Positions 62,401-64,000 of a DNA stretch of 64,000 nucleotides are shown piece after piece (position 1 is the first letter of the stretch; the number at the start of each line of letters is the position of its first letter). A program made the position numbers and the translations under genes. A model generated the notes under the pieces. It was not told the DNA's origin. It did not search any database and was given only the letters and a program-made list of their open reading frames with translations. The stretch comes from Camelus dromedarius (lineage: Eukaryota). The stretch covers positions 248,001 to 312,000 of the forward strand of contig NC_087436.1 in NCBI RefSeq assembly GCF_036321535.1, given 5' to 3'.

Positions 62401-64000
62401 GGGGCTTGATCCTTACCAGAGGCAACAGTGCAAGTTTAAAGGGGGAGAAGGGCAGCGGAGGTAAACTAGCCAGGCCTTGTGTCAGGTACCAGTTGGCCGC
62501 CCTAATTGCGTGTTCCATTCACATCCATCCCTCCCATGTGGGCGGTGGCAGCCCCCTTTTGCGGATTGACAAGACTTCTCAGAGGGGTTAAGGTATCGGT
62601 CCATTTAGCGGCTAGTAAATGCTGTAGCAGGATTCAAGCTGGGCCTTGTCAGACTTAAAGGGCATGTTTTATCTACTAATTCCGGTACCTCCCTGTTGTA
62701 CCTGGAATGGTGAAGTGGGTCAGTTTTGGAGCCTTTCAGAAAAAGTGTGATTTAAGTGCCTCAGGACTGTTTCACAAAGCTCAGTGTTCTTTGATTGTTC
62801 GGAAACAAAGCAGTGCTTTATGCCCCACCGATGTAAGGTCTTACTCCTTTGACGATGACGTGGTTGCAAATGACATACAGGTGCAAAACCAGACTTAGCA
62901 GCTTCTGAAGGGAAACTCTCCAGTTCTTCCTTGATCCGCTGTCTTCTGCGGGATGTAACTCTGCTGCAGCGTAAGCCTGAGTTTTCCGTATGGATTGAGG
63001 GTTTGATAACCAATGTTAACATAAAACGATCAGATGGAGAAAATCGACGTTGGCAATTTATTTTTGGGTATCATTAGACAAGATGCACTATCGGTTAATG
63101 GCCCATATAACGTATGAAATTGAGTACAGAACATTGCATTTCTTACTTTCTACTTAGAACTGTGTTCCATTGTAAGGTTGTCTGCTTTGAAAATTCAGCT
63201 CAGCCACTAGGGCGCCTGTCAGTGTGTTGGTGTGATTGCATTTACACAGTGCATGTAATCTGGGCTTCCTCAACCCCAAACACTCCAGTGCAGAATCATG
63301 GGCTGTAGCAATCACTTAGTTATACAAATACTTCTGAAACTATGATTCCAAAAAAAAAAAAAAAAAAAAAAAGGAGAGAGAGATTGCCTTTATCATAGTT
63401 CCTTTGGAATTAAACTGCAAACTGTTGTTGAGCAGTTCTGGCTTGCTTTATATATGAATATATACATTTCTTTGCATGTAACTTGGTTTTTGGACTAGAA
63501 CACCAAGCTCTTGTTTTCCATGAGCCACAAAAATCGTAGCCAAATGACACACGTATGAAACATTTTATTCCTTTTTTCTGAGAAAGGATACTTAAATTTT
63601 GAACTTAGTCTCTGATTTTGGTTTTAGCTCTTCCCTACCCTCTTGTCATCTCACTCCTATTTCCCACGTGGCCTCCAAGATGTCATGGTCTCAAAGGAGT
63701 GGGTGGACAAACACCATTTGGTCACCATGCAGTGCTGCTCTAGATGAAGCCCAGCCCAGAACTAAAGGACATTATCAGAGAGGACTTCCTGGAAGAAATG
63801 GGCTCTACATACAGTTCTGAGGACAGAGTAAGAGTCAGCCAGGAGAAGGAGTCAAGAAGGTGGCTCAGGTGGCAGGTGAAGCCCGGGCAGAGACATGGAG
63901 GCTTGTGGGGTGGGGACCCGGGGAAAGTGCCCTCTGTGGTCCAGGGTGAATGGTGCCCTTACTGGGGAGGACAATGGAGAGGACCTGGGAGGAGGGCTTT

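Overview
Mammalian genomic DNA, most likely camelid, judged from tRNA-derived SINEs of the camelid type at 9.0, 29.2 and 56.3 kb. I recognise no intact protein-coding gene. The window is a mosaic of intron-containing (DNA-duplicated, not retroposed) fragments of unrelated genes, embedded in L1, L2, MIR, MaLR, ERV-LTR and DNA-transposon relics. The fragments are: (1) a CDRT15/RALGDS-like multi-exon pseudogene (3.3-4.8 kb, +) inside a ~3.6-kb tandem duplication; (2) the CpG-island promoter plus exons 1-2 of POFUT2 (22.8-24.5 kb, -; nonsense codons and deletions); (3) possible degenerate fibronectin-type-III exons (30-34 kb, +); (4) a 2-kb GC-rich array of ~13 units of ~160 bp with trimeric higher-order structure and splice-donor-like motifs, followed by a clean non-coding exon; (5) the frameshifted last coding exon of MRAP2 (38.3-38.6 kb, +); (6) the CpG-island promoter, two probable alternative first exons and exon 2 of TRAPPC9 (51.7-57.4 kb, +; frameshifted). 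Two of the captured pieces are promoter plus first two exons, and many splice sites survive although the reading frames are broken. This suggests a duplicon hub that may make chimeric non-coding RNA, possibly germline piRNA precursor. That interpretation is inference and needs RNA data. All protein identifications come from remembered human sequences, not database searches.
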